A stretch of 64,000 bases of DNA. It comes from an uncultured Flavobacteriaceae bacterium (GTDB taxonomy: Bacteria; Bacteroidota; Bacteroidia; Flavobacteriales; Flavobacteriaceae). Positions 49,939 through 61,186 of the stretch are shown in pieces. Within the stretch, counting starts at the first letter, position 1. Every line of letters starts with the position of its first letter. The position numbers were made by a program, and so were the translations under genes. The notes beneath the pieces were generated by a model that saw nothing but the letters and a program-made list of their open reading frames with translations, was not told the DNA's origin and ran no database searches. The stretch spans positions 16,958 to 80,957 of the forward strand of contig CAYQPI010000075.1 in NCBI GenBank assembly GCA_964419405.1. The letters run 5' to 3'.

Positions 49939-52722
49939 ATGAACAAGATTTTAGCGGTACTCGCGCTGTTTTGCGGGGCGATAATGTTTGGACAGACTTC
50001 AATTTCGGGAAGTGTTACTGATTCAAACAATCAAGAGCCTATTCCTGGAGTAAATGTCAAGGTGGTAGGTAAGTCAATCGGAGCTTCAACCGATTTCGAC
50101 GGAAACTTCTCATTAACAGTAAGTGATGAAGTTCCTTTTAGCATTGAATTTACTTTTGTTGGCTACCAAAGTCAAATCGTTGAAGTAACTTCTTCAGACA
50201 CAGAATTACAAATAGTTTTGGTTGAAAACGCAACCTCTTTGGATGAGGTAGTGGTATCTGCCTCAAGAACCCCTGAAAGTATCAGGGAATCTCCGGTGAC
50301 GATTGAAAGAATTGGAATCAAGGATTTAAAATCTTCCACTTCTGCTAATTACTACGATAGTATGGAGAATTTAAAGGGAGTTGATCTAAACAGAGGTAGT
50401 TTGACATTTAACTCGATAAATACACGTGGTTTTGCCACCTTTTCAAATACCAGATTTGTGCAATTGGTAGATGGTATGGATACTGCCTCACCGGCCTTGA
50501 ATTTCGTTTTGGGTAATTTGGCGGGAGTAAGTCAGCTAGATTTGCAGAGCGTTGAAATTATTCCGGGTGCAGCTTCAGCCTTATACGGAGCAAATGCATT
50601 TAACGGGATCATGTTCATGTCGACCAAGAGTCCGTTTGATGATCAGGGGGTAAGTGCCTATGCGAAAACAGGATTAACGATTCAAAAGGCTGCCGGAGAC
50701 CATGTGTTTTATGATATAGGTGTTCGATATGCCCATGCCTTTAATGAGAAATGGGCCATAAAAGGTTCTCTTACGTATTTGAAGGGAACAGATTGGTACG
50801 CAAATGATACGTCTGAATACTCAAATGATTTTACGGCAGTTGGTGAACCTGATGAAATTTTACCTCTAAGATCGAGTCCGTCACATGATGGTATCAATAT
50901 TTATGGAGATGAGGTTACTTTAGGTGGCCTAGGTCTTAATTTTAATGAGTTTGCCCAACTACTTGAAGCTGGTGGACTGATTCCTGCAGGATCCAGTAAC
51001 TTAATTCCAGCTGTTAACGTTGGTAGAACAGGATACCTGGAACAAGCTTTTACTGATTATAATGCTGAAAGTTTAAAATATGATTTAACGGCTGTTTTCA
51101 GACCTAATGCCGATGATTTGGAAATCTTATTGAATACCAGAGGTGGTTATGGCTCAACCATTTATCAGGGGACAAACAGGTATAATATTAAGAATTTCTT
51201 GTTGCAAAATCATAAGATTGAAGTTAGAAACAAAGACTTTTTTGTGAGAGCATATATGACAACTGAAGATGCCGGAGATTCATATGACATGCGTTTTACG
51301 GGGATAAACATAGCCAAGTACGGGGCTCAAGAATGGTTTGGTGCTTATACTGGTGGCTATTTACAGGCTATACTGGGAGGTGCTAATAACGAGCAGGCGC
51401 ATGCAGCCGGTAGGGCTTTGGCCGATTCAGATGAATCTACAACGCCAAGACCCGGATCAGATTTGTTCAATCAATTATTTGATGAAATCACCTCGAGCGG
51501 AGATTTGTCGGAAGGTTCTAAATTTATTGATAAAACTTCCATGATCGTTGGTGAAGGGAATTACAATTTTGCCAGATTACTGGATGATAAATGGGATTTA
51601 CAGGTTGGTGGATCTTACAGACGTTATTCGTTGAATTCTGAAGGAACCATTTTTACAGATTATGACGGACCTATTAATTATAATGAATATGGCGCCTATG
51701 TACAGGCCATTAAAAAGTTAATGGATGATCGCTTAAAACTGCAGGCATCCATAAGATATGATAAGAATGAGTATTACGATGGTAATTTCTCACCTAGAGT
51801 TTCGATTAATTATGCGGTTGATGATGCCAGAAATCACAACTTAAGAACTTCGTATCAGACAGGTTTCAGATATCCAACCACTCAGGATTTATTTATCGGT
51901 CTTGATTCTGGACAGGGAATTTTAGTGGGTTCGTCACCTGACAACCTGGATAGAGATTTGCCTAGTACAGATCTTACAGGGCGAAAAGTATATTCTGATT
52001 CCTACACCTTGTCGTCTGTTCAGGAGTTCCAGGCAACTGGGAACCCTGCCCTTTTAGTTCCTATCCAGACAGGATTGGTACAGCCTGAAAAGATTCAATC
52101 CTTTGATTTAGGATATCGTGGAATTTTTGGACGCATGTATATTGATATTAATGGGTATTACAGCAAATACGATGATTTTATCAGTAATACTTTTGTAGTG
52201 ACTCCAAATGATGGAACGACGGCAGATGCCTCTGGTATTGCTGATCTTATTGCTGGAAATGTAACAGGTTTTCAGACCTATACCAATTCAAAAGCAGATA
52301 TATCTTCTTATGGAGCAAGTATGGGCTTGAATACACGAATATTGAATAAGTTGGACATTGGTTTAAGCTATACCTTGGCTAAATTTGATTTTGATCAGGA
52401 ATCAGACCCTGATTTTGCTGCTGGTTTCAATACGCCGGAGCACAAGGTGAAATTTTCATTAGGAAGCCAGAACATAGCAAAAAACCTTGGATTTAATATT
52501 AATATCAGATGGAGTGATGAGTATTTCTGGCAATCAACCATTGCCAATGCTGTTATTCCTCAGAGAACTGTAGGTGATGCACAGATCAACTATTCAGTGC
52601 CTAAGATCAATTCTTTGTTTAAGCTGGGTGGTTCTAATCTTGGTGGTAAGGAATATCAAAGTGCTCCAGGTTCACCTTATATTGGATCACAGTTTTTTGT
52701 GTCATGGGTATTTAATCAATAA
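49939..52722 (+). CDS. TonB-dependent receptor
   Basis: TDFDGNF N-domain, LDEVVVSASR, plug NTRGF and ASALYG; C-terminal beta-strand. Confidence 0.92.
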   Translation: MNKILAVLALFCGAIMFGQTSISGSVTDSNNQEPIPGVNVKVVGKSIGASTDFDGNFSLTVSDEVPFSIEFTFVGYQSQIVEVTSSDTELQIVLVENATSLDEVVVSASRTPESIRESPVTIERIGIKDLKSSTSANYYDSMENLKGVDLNRGSLTFNSINTRGFATFSNTRFVQLVDGMDTASPALNFVLGNLAGVSQLDLQSVEIIPGAASALYGANAFNGIMFMSTKSPFDDQGVSAYAKTGLTIQKAAGDHVFYDIGVRYAHAFNEKWAIKGSLTYLKGTDWYANDTSEYSNDFTAVGEPDEILPLRSSPSHDGINIYGDEVTLGGLGLNFNEFAQLLEAGGLIPAGSSNLIPAVNVGRTGYLEQAFTDYNAESLKYDLTAVFRPNADDLEILLNTRGGYGSTIYQGTNRYNIKNFLLQNHKIEVRNKDFFVRAYMTTEDAGDSYDMRFTGINIAKYGAQEWFGAYTGGYLQAILGGANNEQAHAAGRALADSDESTTPRPGSDLFNQLFDEITSSGDLSEGSKFIDKTSMIVGEGNYNFARLLDDKWDLQVGGSYRRYSLNSEGTIFTDYDGPINYNEYGAYVQAIKKLMDDRLKLQASIRYDKNEYYDGNFSPRVSINYAVDDARNHNLRTSYQTGFRYPTTQDLFIGLDSGQGILVGSSPDNLDRDLPSTDLTGRKVYSDSYTLSSVQEFQATGNPALLVPIQTGLVQPEKIQSFDLGYRGIFGRMYIDINGYYSKYDDFISNTFVVTPNDGTTADASGIADLIAGNVTGFQTYTNSKADISSYGASMGLNTRILNKLDIGLSYTLAKFDFDQESDPDFAAGFNTPEHKVKFSLGSQNIAKNLGFNINIRWSDEYFWQSTIANAVIPQRTVGDAQINYSVPKINSLFKLGGSNLGGKEYQSAPGSPYIGSQFFVSWVFNQ

Positions 52723-52742
52723 TAAAATATAAAAAGAAAAAA

Positions 52743-54284
52743 ATGTTTAGAATAAAATATATTTGGGTCCTTTTGATGATCGTGGTTCTTTCGTCTTGTG
52801 AGCAAGGAAAATATGACCGTGAAATTGACCCACCGGTTGATCTGGTACCTGGAGAAGCTGATTTTACAAAATATGTGGCATTAGGAAATTCCTTAACAGC
52901 AGGTTTTTCAGACGGAGCTTTGTTTATAGAAAGTCAGAATAATTCCTACCCGAATCTGATTGCTGAGAAAATGATGTATGGCGGTGGAGGTGAATTTATT
53001 TTGCCATTGATGAATGACAATACAGGAGGTTTGCTGTATGCAGGAAATCAAATTCAACCAGCCAGATTGGTAACTGATCTGGAATCACTGGAACCACTGC
53101 CTCAAACTCCAACTACAGAAGTAACTAATATCATTGCCGGACCTTTCAATAATATGGGGGTGCCCGGTGCAAGAAGTTATCATTTATTAGCACCTGGCTT
53201 CGGTGATGTAGCCAATGTTCCTTTAGGTTTAGCCAATCCTTATTTCGCAAGAATGGCCTCATCTTCAACAGCGACAGTTTTAGGTGATGCGATGGCCCAA
53301 AATCCTACTTTTTTCAGCCTTTGGATTGGAGCCAATGATGTTTTAGGCTATGGACAGTCTGGTGGAGATGGCTCAAGTGACATTACGGATAAAGCACTAT
53401 TTGATGCTTCGATGGCGGCTTTGATTGCTACCTTGACCTCTGGCGGAGCCAAAGGGGTGGTAGGAAATATTCCTAATATTTTAACAGGAGCCTTCTTTAC
53501 AGCAGTACCATATGCTCCATTAGATCCTTCTAATCCTGAATATGCAGAACAGATTCCTACATTGAATGCCGCTTACGCACAATTGAATCAGGCCTTTGCC
53601 TTTTTAGGTGTGCCAGAACGATCTGTCGTGTTTTCTGAAACTGAAGCGAGCCCCGTGGTTATTTTTGACGAGTCTTTAGCGAATATTTCTGCTCAGTTAA
53701 ATGCAGTTTTAATTGGTGGAGGTTTAGACCCGCTTACCGCTGGTTTATTATCTCAGCAATATGCCCAGTCAAGACAGGCAAATGAAAATGATCTTTTGAC
53801 ATTGACCAGTCAAACTGAAATTGCCCAGGTCAATACGGAGTATTTTCAGATGTTAGTGGGCATGGGTGTTCCGGCAGAAACTGCCGGGCAGTTGTCAGTA
53901 AATGGTTTGACCTATCCTTTAGCTGACACCTATGTTTTGATTCCTGATGAGCAAACAGAGATCATGGATGCCACTAATGCTTTTAATGCTACCATTGCCC
54001 AATTGACAACTAATGCAGGCCTTGCTGAGTTTGATGCCTATGCCTTAATTAACGAAGTACATGAATCTGGTTATTCAAGTGATGGTTTTAATATCACTAC
54101 CCAATATGTATTCGGAGGTTTGTTCTCTTTGGATGGATTGCATTTAACAGCCAGAGGAAATGCGATTGTAGCCAATGAAATGATGAAAGTAATTGATGAG
54201 ACTTACGAATCCAATTTTGAAGAGGCTGGTATGCTGAATGATATCGGAGATTATCCTCAGATTTATTCACCAGCACTTCCATAG
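52743..54284 (+). CDS. G-D-S-L/SGNH-family lipolytic lipoprotein
   Basis: Lipobox LSSC; GNSLTAG, GVPGA, GANDVL and SLDGLH motifs. Confidence 0.88.
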   Translation: MFRIKYIWVLLMIVVLSSCEQGKYDREIDPPVDLVPGEADFTKYVALGNSLTAGFSDGALFIESQNNSYPNLIAEKMMYGGGGEFILPLMNDNTGGLLYAGNQIQPARLVTDLESLEPLPQTPTTEVTNIIAGPFNNMGVPGARSYHLLAPGFGDVANVPLGLANPYFARMASSSTATVLGDAMAQNPTFFSLWIGANDVLGYGQSGGDGSSDITDKALFDASMAALIATLTSGGAKGVVGNIPNILTGAFFTAVPYAPLDPSNPEYAEQIPTLNAAYAQLNQAFAFLGVPERSVVFSETEASPVVIFDESLANISAQLNAVLIGGGLDPLTAGLLSQQYAQSRQANENDLLTLTSQTEIAQVNTEYFQMLVGMGVPAETAGQLSVNGLTYPLADTYVLIPDEQTEIMDATNAFNATIAQLTTNAGLAEFDAYALINEVHESGYSSDGFNITTQYVFGGLFSLDGLHLTARGNAIVANEMMKVIDETYESNFEEAGMLNDIGDYPQIYSPALP

Positions 54285-54311
54285 GTTTGGATGTTAAGAA
54301 TAAAATAATTT

Positions 54312-54337
54312 AAGATCCGTCTCAGACGGATCTTTTT
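54312..54337 (+). terminator. Intrinsic terminator after the TonB receptor-GDSL operon
   Basis: AAGATCCGTC-TCA-GACGGATCTT followed by TTT. Confidence 0.88.
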
Positions 54338-54369
54338 GTATAAAAAAGAATTACCTGGAAAAGATCTTC

Positions 54370-55587
54370 ATGAAAAGATTACAGCGAAAGATAGTTGCAC
54401 CAGTATGGCTGGCTATAGTTTTTATAGTGAGCTGTGGTGATCTAGGTCAAAAGGATCATGAAAATCAATATGTGGCTTTGAAGCTTGAATTCATCGAATT
54501 ATGTAAAACATGTCCTCCGGGTTTTTTATTGAATGATACGAATCAATGTATTTCAAAAAACCTATACCAGCAGTATGAGTCACTTCAGGATGCCGGTGTG
54601 GGAGGCCTGAAAACTGCCTTGCCTGAAGTACGTGATGGCTTCAGTCCACAACAAATTGATTTGGGAAGGTATTTGTTTTTCGATCCGGTTTTGTCGGCAG
54701 ACGGTTCTGTTTCCTGTGCCAGTTGCCACGATCCTCATCAGGGATTTAGTGATGGAAAGGCTGTTTCAACAGGGATTGATGGTCATCAATTAAAACGTTC
54801 TTCTCCTAGTTTATGGAACGTGGCCTATTTACGGCGTTTTTTTTGGGATGCTAGGGCTTCTTCCTTGGAAGAACAGATGACTGGTCCCTTGTTCTCTAAG
54901 GAAGAAATGGGCAATAGTCCTGATAAATTAAAAGCGAGTCTTAACAGAATACCGCTGTATAAACGTTTGTTTGCAGAGGCATTTCCTGAGAAGAATACAA
55001 ATGATAGTATACAGTTACATGAAGTTTATACGGCACTGGCTGCTTTTGAAACCTCGCTGATTTCTTTAAACTCCAGATATGATCAATATGCTCACGGCTA
55101 TGCCAAGGCCTTAAATGAGAGAGAAATTAAAGGCTTAAATATTTTTAGATCATTTGTCGCCAGATGTGCTGAATGTCATACACCTCCCTTATTTACCAAC
55201 CAGCAAATTGCAGTTATTGGAACACCTGAACCCGAGGGACGAGCCCTGGATATTGGAGCCGAAGCGACCTTTAAGGATAAAACCAGAAGGGGCGGATTTA
55301 AAGTTCCGAGTTTGCGAAACATAGAGAAAACAGCTCCTTATATGCATTCTGGTAGGTTTGAAAATTTACGCGAAACCGTGGAGTTTTATACCAAGGGTAG
55401 GGGACATGCGGTTCCGGAAGGTGAAAAATTGTATCTTCATTGGCATATTTGGGAACCTGAGCTAACAGATGCCGAGCTCGATTTGCTGGTTGATTTTTTA
55501 AAGACATTGACAGATGAATCGTTTAGCCCAAAAATACCGGACATCGTTCCTTCAGGTATCAATACAAAAAAAGACATAAGTTTATAA
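54370..55587 (+). CDS. Di-heme cytochrome c peroxidase/MauG-superfamily lipoprotein
   Basis: Lipobox IVSC; heme motifs CASCH (54715-54729) and CAECH (55165-55179); FFWDAR..LEEQ and FKVPSLRN..TAPYMH. Confidence 0.9.
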   Translation: MKRLQRKIVAPVWLAIVFIVSCGDLGQKDHENQYVALKLEFIELCKTCPPGFLLNDTNQCISKNLYQQYESLQDAGVGGLKTALPEVRDGFSPQQIDLGRYLFFDPVLSADGSVSCASCHDPHQGFSDGKAVSTGIDGHQLKRSSPSLWNVAYLRRFFWDARASSLEEQMTGPLFSKEEMGNSPDKLKASLNRIPLYKRLFAEAFPEKNTNDSIQLHEVYTALAAFETSLISLNSRYDQYAHGYAKALNEREIKGLNIFRSFVARCAECHTPPLFTNQQIAVIGTPEPEGRALDIGAEATFKDKTRRGGFKVPSLRNIEKTAPYMHSGRFENLRETVEFYTKGRGHAVPEGEKLYLHWHIWEPELTDAELDLLVDFLKTLTDESFSPKIPDIVPSGINTKKDISL

Positions 55588-55603
55588 GGTTAAAAAAGTA
55601 GAT

Positions 55604-57088
55604 ATGTTTAAAAAAATTATTCTTGCGTTGGTCTTGATGGCCATAGGAGTCCTTATTGGAAAATTTGCATTAGGTGCTACACATCAAACAGTGATGCCGA
55701 GTCCAAATAGTTTGTACAAGGGTTCTAAGAATGCAGGTGAAGCCTCGTTACAGCGTGAGTTTACAGGAACTATTTATGAAGTCAAGGAAGGAGATTTGAT
55801 TATGGATGCTGTCAAAAAAGCCCAGCCTGGTGATTTGATTCGCGTATTTCCCGGTGTTTATAAAGAAACGGTTTATATCGATAAAGATGATATTAGTTTT
55901 CAGGGGATCATAAAAGATGGCGAATGGCCGACCTTGGATGGGGAAAAAGAGTTGAACGATGCCTTTTTGTATTCTGGCAATGGGATTCAAATTGAAAATT
56001 TTAAAATCATCGATTTTAAAGGAAATGGCATCATGGGCCAGGCAGGAAACAATTTTGTGCTTAGGAATAACTGGATTATTGATGCCGGTGTCTATGGCAT
56101 TTTTCCTCAGTTTGGCAAGAATGGGTTGATTGAGCACAATGTGCTATCGGGCATAGAAGATGCCGCCATTTATGTAGGTATGTGCGACAATATAGATGTG
56201 AAGAACAACGAAGTATTTGGAAATGTTGCAGGAATTGAGATTGAAAACTCAAGGCATTGTCTGGTGGAGAATAATCTTGCCTATGACAATACTGGAGGCA
56301 TATTGGCTTTTATTACTCCAGGACTTCCTATTAAGACTACTTTTGATGTGATCATCAGGAATAATTTCGTGACTAAGAATAATCATGAGAATTTTGGAGC
56401 TCCAGGTTCTATCGTTTCGGGGATACCCCCTGGAACAGGAATATTGGTGATGGCTGCTGACGACGTGATTATCGAGAATAATATTATTTCTGGGAATGAC
56501 AATGCCGGAATTATCATTACTGATTTTGCCAATGGAGGAGCAGAGGCCTCTAATGACCCTGATTCTGATCCCAATCCTGATCGTGTTACTATCTTGGATA
56601 ATTTTATGATTGACAATGGAAATAACCCTGTAGGAGAGTTAAAAGCTTTAATGATGACGAACCTGTCAACTACAGGACCAGATATTTTAGCAATCGGAGG
56701 AGGAGAAGGTAGTAGCATTAGAGACGTAGAACGATATAGAACCTGGGGACTGGGAAGTTTTGGTATTCCAGAGATTAATGACACCAAAGAAATCAAGACC
56801 TTGTTGTTAGACAAGCCTGCTGAGCCAAGGGATATCAGTAAGGAAGATTTAGGTGAAATGATTTATTATGGAATCTGTTCTGGATGTCATGCGTTTGATA
56901 TCAGGCTTATTGGCGTTCCTACCAATGTGATACAAATGATCTACCAAGACAATCCACAGGGGATTGTTGATTATATAAATCATCCAAAAAACCTGAGAGA
57001 CGACTACCCTGAAATGCCGCCTCAAGATTACCTTTCTGAGGAGGCTAAACAGGCTGTTGCTGAGTATATTCTGACCCTAAAAAAATAA
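55604..57088 (+). CDS. Parallel beta-helix protein with a C-terminal c-type cytochrome domain
   Basis: N-terminal signal/anchor, repeated GI/NN beta-helix turns (YGIFP, AIYVG, NVAGIEIENS, NTGGIL), CSGCH at 56876-56890 and a distal MPP. Confidence 0.85.
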   Translation: MFKKIILALVLMAIGVLIGKFALGATHQTVMPSPNSLYKGSKNAGEASLQREFTGTIYEVKEGDLIMDAVKKAQPGDLIRVFPGVYKETVYIDKDDISFQGIIKDGEWPTLDGEKELNDAFLYSGNGIQIENFKIIDFKGNGIMGQAGNNFVLRNNWIIDAGVYGIFPQFGKNGLIEHNVLSGIEDAAIYVGMCDNIDVKNNEVFGNVAGIEIENSRHCLVENNLAYDNTGGILAFITPGLPIKTTFDVIIRNNFVTKNNHENFGAPGSIVSGIPPGTGILVMAADDVIIENNIISGNDNAGIIITDFANGGAEASNDPDSDPNPDRVTILDNFMIDNGNNPVGELKALMMTNLSTTGPDILAIGGGEGSSIRDVERYRTWGLGSFGIPEINDTKEIKTLLLDKPAEPRDISKEDLGEMIYYGICSGCHAFDIRLIGVPTNVIQMIYQDNPQGIVDYINHPKNLRDDYPEMPPQDYLSEEAKQAVAEYILTLKK

Positions 57089-57121
57089 TAAAAAAAAAGT
57101 TTAATTTTTGTATTAAAAACA

Positions 57122-57129
57122 TATCTTTG
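57122..57129 (+). promoter_or_regulatory. -7 box (TATCTTTG) for atpDC
   Basis: Exact TAnnTTTG match followed by CA. Confidence 0.7.
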
Positions 57130-57168
57130 CACCGCAAAACAAAAATGCATTAAAATTGTTTCTGATGA

Positions 57169-58716
<1,548 letters not shown>

Positions 58717-58727
58717 AATCATAAAGC

Positions 58728-59006
58728 ATGTTTTTAGAAATTGTAACACCTGAAGCAAGTATTTTTCAGGGCGATGTAGAATCAGTGATAGTACCTGGCG
58801 TAGTTGGGGAATTCCAAATACTGAATAATCACGCTCCGATCGTTTCATTGCTAAAAGAAGGAAAAGTAAGAATTCGAGGTAATTTCACGATTGATGAGGC
58901 CTATGAAAATAAGTTTTCAAATGCTGAAAATAGCACAAAGGTGTTGGATATCAATAGCGGAACAATTGAAATGAATGATAATAAAATTATTATTCTAGTA
59001 GATTGA
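58728..59006 (+). CDS. atpC: F1 ATP synthase epsilon subunit (short form)
   Basis: LEIVTPE, GEFQILNNHAP; follows atpD. Confidence 0.95.
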   Translation: MFLEIVTPEASIFQGDVESVIVPGVVGEFQILNNHAPIVSLLKEGKVRIRGNFTIDEAYENKFSNAENSTKVLDINSGTIEMNDNKIIILVD

Positions 59007-59029
59007 TCTTGAGACAAAGTATACTATTG

Positions 59030-59057
59030 AACCCTATGCATAGCATAGGGTTTTTTT
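59030..59057 (+). terminator. Intrinsic terminator of atpDC
   Basis: AACCCTATGC-ATA-GCATAGGGTT followed by a T run. Confidence 0.9.
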
Positions 59058-60684
59058 ATATGAACAAATTCATGCCAAAACTCAGTCCGTTTGATTTTGG
59101 AACAAAGCGACACACACCTCCCACACAAATTAAACCACCCCTTTGGCGACCGTAATTGATCGTGAACTTTGTTTTTTTGTGGCGGTAGGTACCACCAATA
59201 TTATAGAAATGAATTCTTTCAATTTCATTTGAATTGCCATAGTTGTATTGGTCATTCACATAAACCGAGTATTTGCGCAGGAAATTGTACTCAACAAGGC
59301 CGCCCACCCAATTTTTTGTATCATCTTGGGTCCAGAGATGCTCAAGCTGAAATCTGAGTTCGTGTTTTCGATTCATCGTATAGTACCCATCCAAAGCAGC
59401 AATATTGCTCCTAACCGTTCCGGTACTTGCTTCCAATTGCTCTTTGTTATAGAATTGATATATCCAATATACTGAAGTGCGCCATTGTTTTGACCATTGA
59501 TTTCTCAATTCAATATTTACATCGGTATAATACTCTTCTCCATACTCAAAAAATCCAGCTGTATAAGATCTGTTCTCGATGTCAAAATCTGTATCTAGTC
59601 CAAACCAGGAAGCATAATTAAAGGCTAGTACAGTACCATATTTTTTCGCCAGAGAATTCTCTTTTTCAAACTTATAGTAGAGATCAATTTGCTGCCCGAT
59701 TTCACCAGCTTTACCACCAGCAATAAAATTGAGTTGCGACTGTGCCTGATATACATAAATATTTGAGAGTCCAACATTGTGCTGTTTGGTAAGAGCGGGG
59801 ATATAATTTACGATGAGCTGATTGTATATGTTGCCATAGGATTGACGATCTGTATAAAAGGACATGTTCTCGAGTCTCCTGAATGTAACATCAAATCCGA
59901 GTCCGGCCTTATAGAACCCAAGGTTAAAAAGCAGGGCATTTCCTGAAAACAAGCGACTGTCAATGACATTACCAAATTCAACCAGGGCATCATCTCCCTT
60001 ATAGACGGCCTCAATATTCGAATAGAAACTACCTTTCGTATATGCGAACTTAGACGAGAATAAATTGGTGAATTCTGAGAATTCAGGATTGCTTGACTCA
60101 AATGATTCATAACGACTTACAACTCCTAGATCTAGAGTACTATGATTGCCCAGTTTAAAAATTGAATTGAAACCCATCAGGGTTCCTTTTGACAAATCGA
60201 AGGCATTTTTTTGTTTCCCTATAAAAGCACTGAAGACAAGTTTGTCATTGGGAGCAAACTGGATGTTGGTTCCGACCAGGGCATTGTTAAGTCCCAGCTG
60301 ACGGTCTTCCCAGGATCTGTAACTCAGGCCACTGCTCATTTGATCAAATAGGTAGCCAGCCTCAATTTGAAACTTTTTGGTCGTATATCCAACAGATGCC
60401 ATGGAAAAACCAAATTTTTGATCGAGATCTGGTGAATAGCCCAAAAGGGCTTCTTCAAAATAAGATTCCAATTGTATGGATGCTTTGAAATTATTTTTGA
60501 AATAATTAAACCGAATGTAATTGTTTGACCTAAGATCAGTATCGCCTGGGTTCGAAATTTTATCGTCATCCGTGTAATAAATGATCTGACTTTCAAGGCT
60601 GCCACTAAAATCTTCCAAAAACTGGGAATACATTGAAGAAACCGAGAGCAAAAAAAGGGCAGAAAGTAGTGATCCTAGTTTCAT
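59056..60684 (-). CDS. DUF6029-like predicted outer-membrane beta-barrel protein
   Basis: Signal peptide, alternating aromatic beta-strands, NYIPALTKQH and YGRQRGGLICVGGVCRFVP. Confidence 0.75.
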   Translation of the reverse strand: MKLGSLLSALFLLSVSSMYSQFLEDFSGSLESQIIYYTDDDKISNPGDTDLRSNNYIRFNYFKNNFKASIQLESYFEEALLGYSPDLDQKFGFSMASVGYTTKKFQIEAGYLFDQMSSGLSYRSWEDRQLGLNNALVGTNIQFAPNDKLVFSAFIGKQKNAFDLSKGTLMGFNSIFKLGNHSTLDLGVVSRYESFESSNPEFSEFTNLFSSKFAYTKGSFYSNIEAVYKGDDALVEFGNVIDSRLFSGNALLFNLGFYKAGLGFDVTFRRLENMSFYTDRQSYGNIYNQLIVNYIPALTKQHNVGLSNIYVYQAQSQLNFIAGGKAGEIGQQIDLYYKFEKENSLAKKYGTVLAFNYASWFGLDTDFDIENRSYTAGFFEYGEEYYTDVNIELRNQWSKQWRTSVYWIYQFYNKEQLEASTGTVRSNIAALDGYYTMNRKHELRFQLEHLWTQDDTKNWVGGLVEYNFLRKYSVYVNDQYNYGNSNEIERIHFYNIGGTYRHKKTKFTINYGRQRGGLICVGGVCRFVPKSNGLSFGMNLFI

Positions 60685-61185
60685 TTATTGACTGTTTAAA
60701 TCTCTTATTTTTTCAAACAGAAATGTTTCATCTCCAATTATATAGCCTGTGGTTTCATGAACGATCTTATTTTGGTAGATCAAAAGGGTATGAGGGATGT
60801 TTAAAATATTTAGCTTTCTTTTAATTTCTTGATTGACGTCTGTAACAACTTCAAACGTCCATAAATTTCCATGAATCAAAGGTTTTATTCTTGAAAAGGT
60901 ACGAGAATCATCAATAGACACGCTAATTAATCTTGCATTGAGGTCTTGTTCAATAAGTGTTTGATTATCATTCAGGGCATTGAGTTCTTTTAAACAAGGT
61001 TCACACCAAGTTGCCCAAAAGCTCATAATGATTACCTTTTCCTTACTCAGTTCGTTGATGTTTGTTTTTTCTCCTTCGAGATTGGTTACGAGAAGATCGG
61101 GAAGACTTTTTTGGGCAGTTGCCATAAAGCTCGTGCAAACCATAACAAGGAGGCAAATTTGTATTTTAAATCGTATGAAAAACAT
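60685..61185 (-). CDS. TlpA-family thiol:disulfide oxidoreductase
   Basis: FWATWCEPCLKEL and a cis-Pro IP motif; signal peptide. Start moved to MFFIR. Confidence 0.9.
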   Translation of the reverse strand: MFFIRFKIQICLLVMVCTSFMATAQKSLPDLLVTNLEGEKTNINELSKEKVIIMSFWATWCEPCLKELNALNDNQTLIEQDLNARLISVSIDDSRTFSRIKPLIHGNLWTFEVVTDVNQEIKRKLNILNIPHTLLIYQNKIVHETTGYIIGDETFLFEKIRDLNSQ

Positions 61186-61186
61186 A

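Noticed and set aside
49939-54284. TonB receptor plus GDSL lipoprotein as a novel system
   Set aside because: To my knowledge a common flavobacterial pair near atpD; nothing unusual is visible beyond the unknown substrate.
58728-59006. Truncated ATP synthase epsilon and an atpDC operon separated from the other atp genes
   Set aside because: Both are normal for Bacteroidota.
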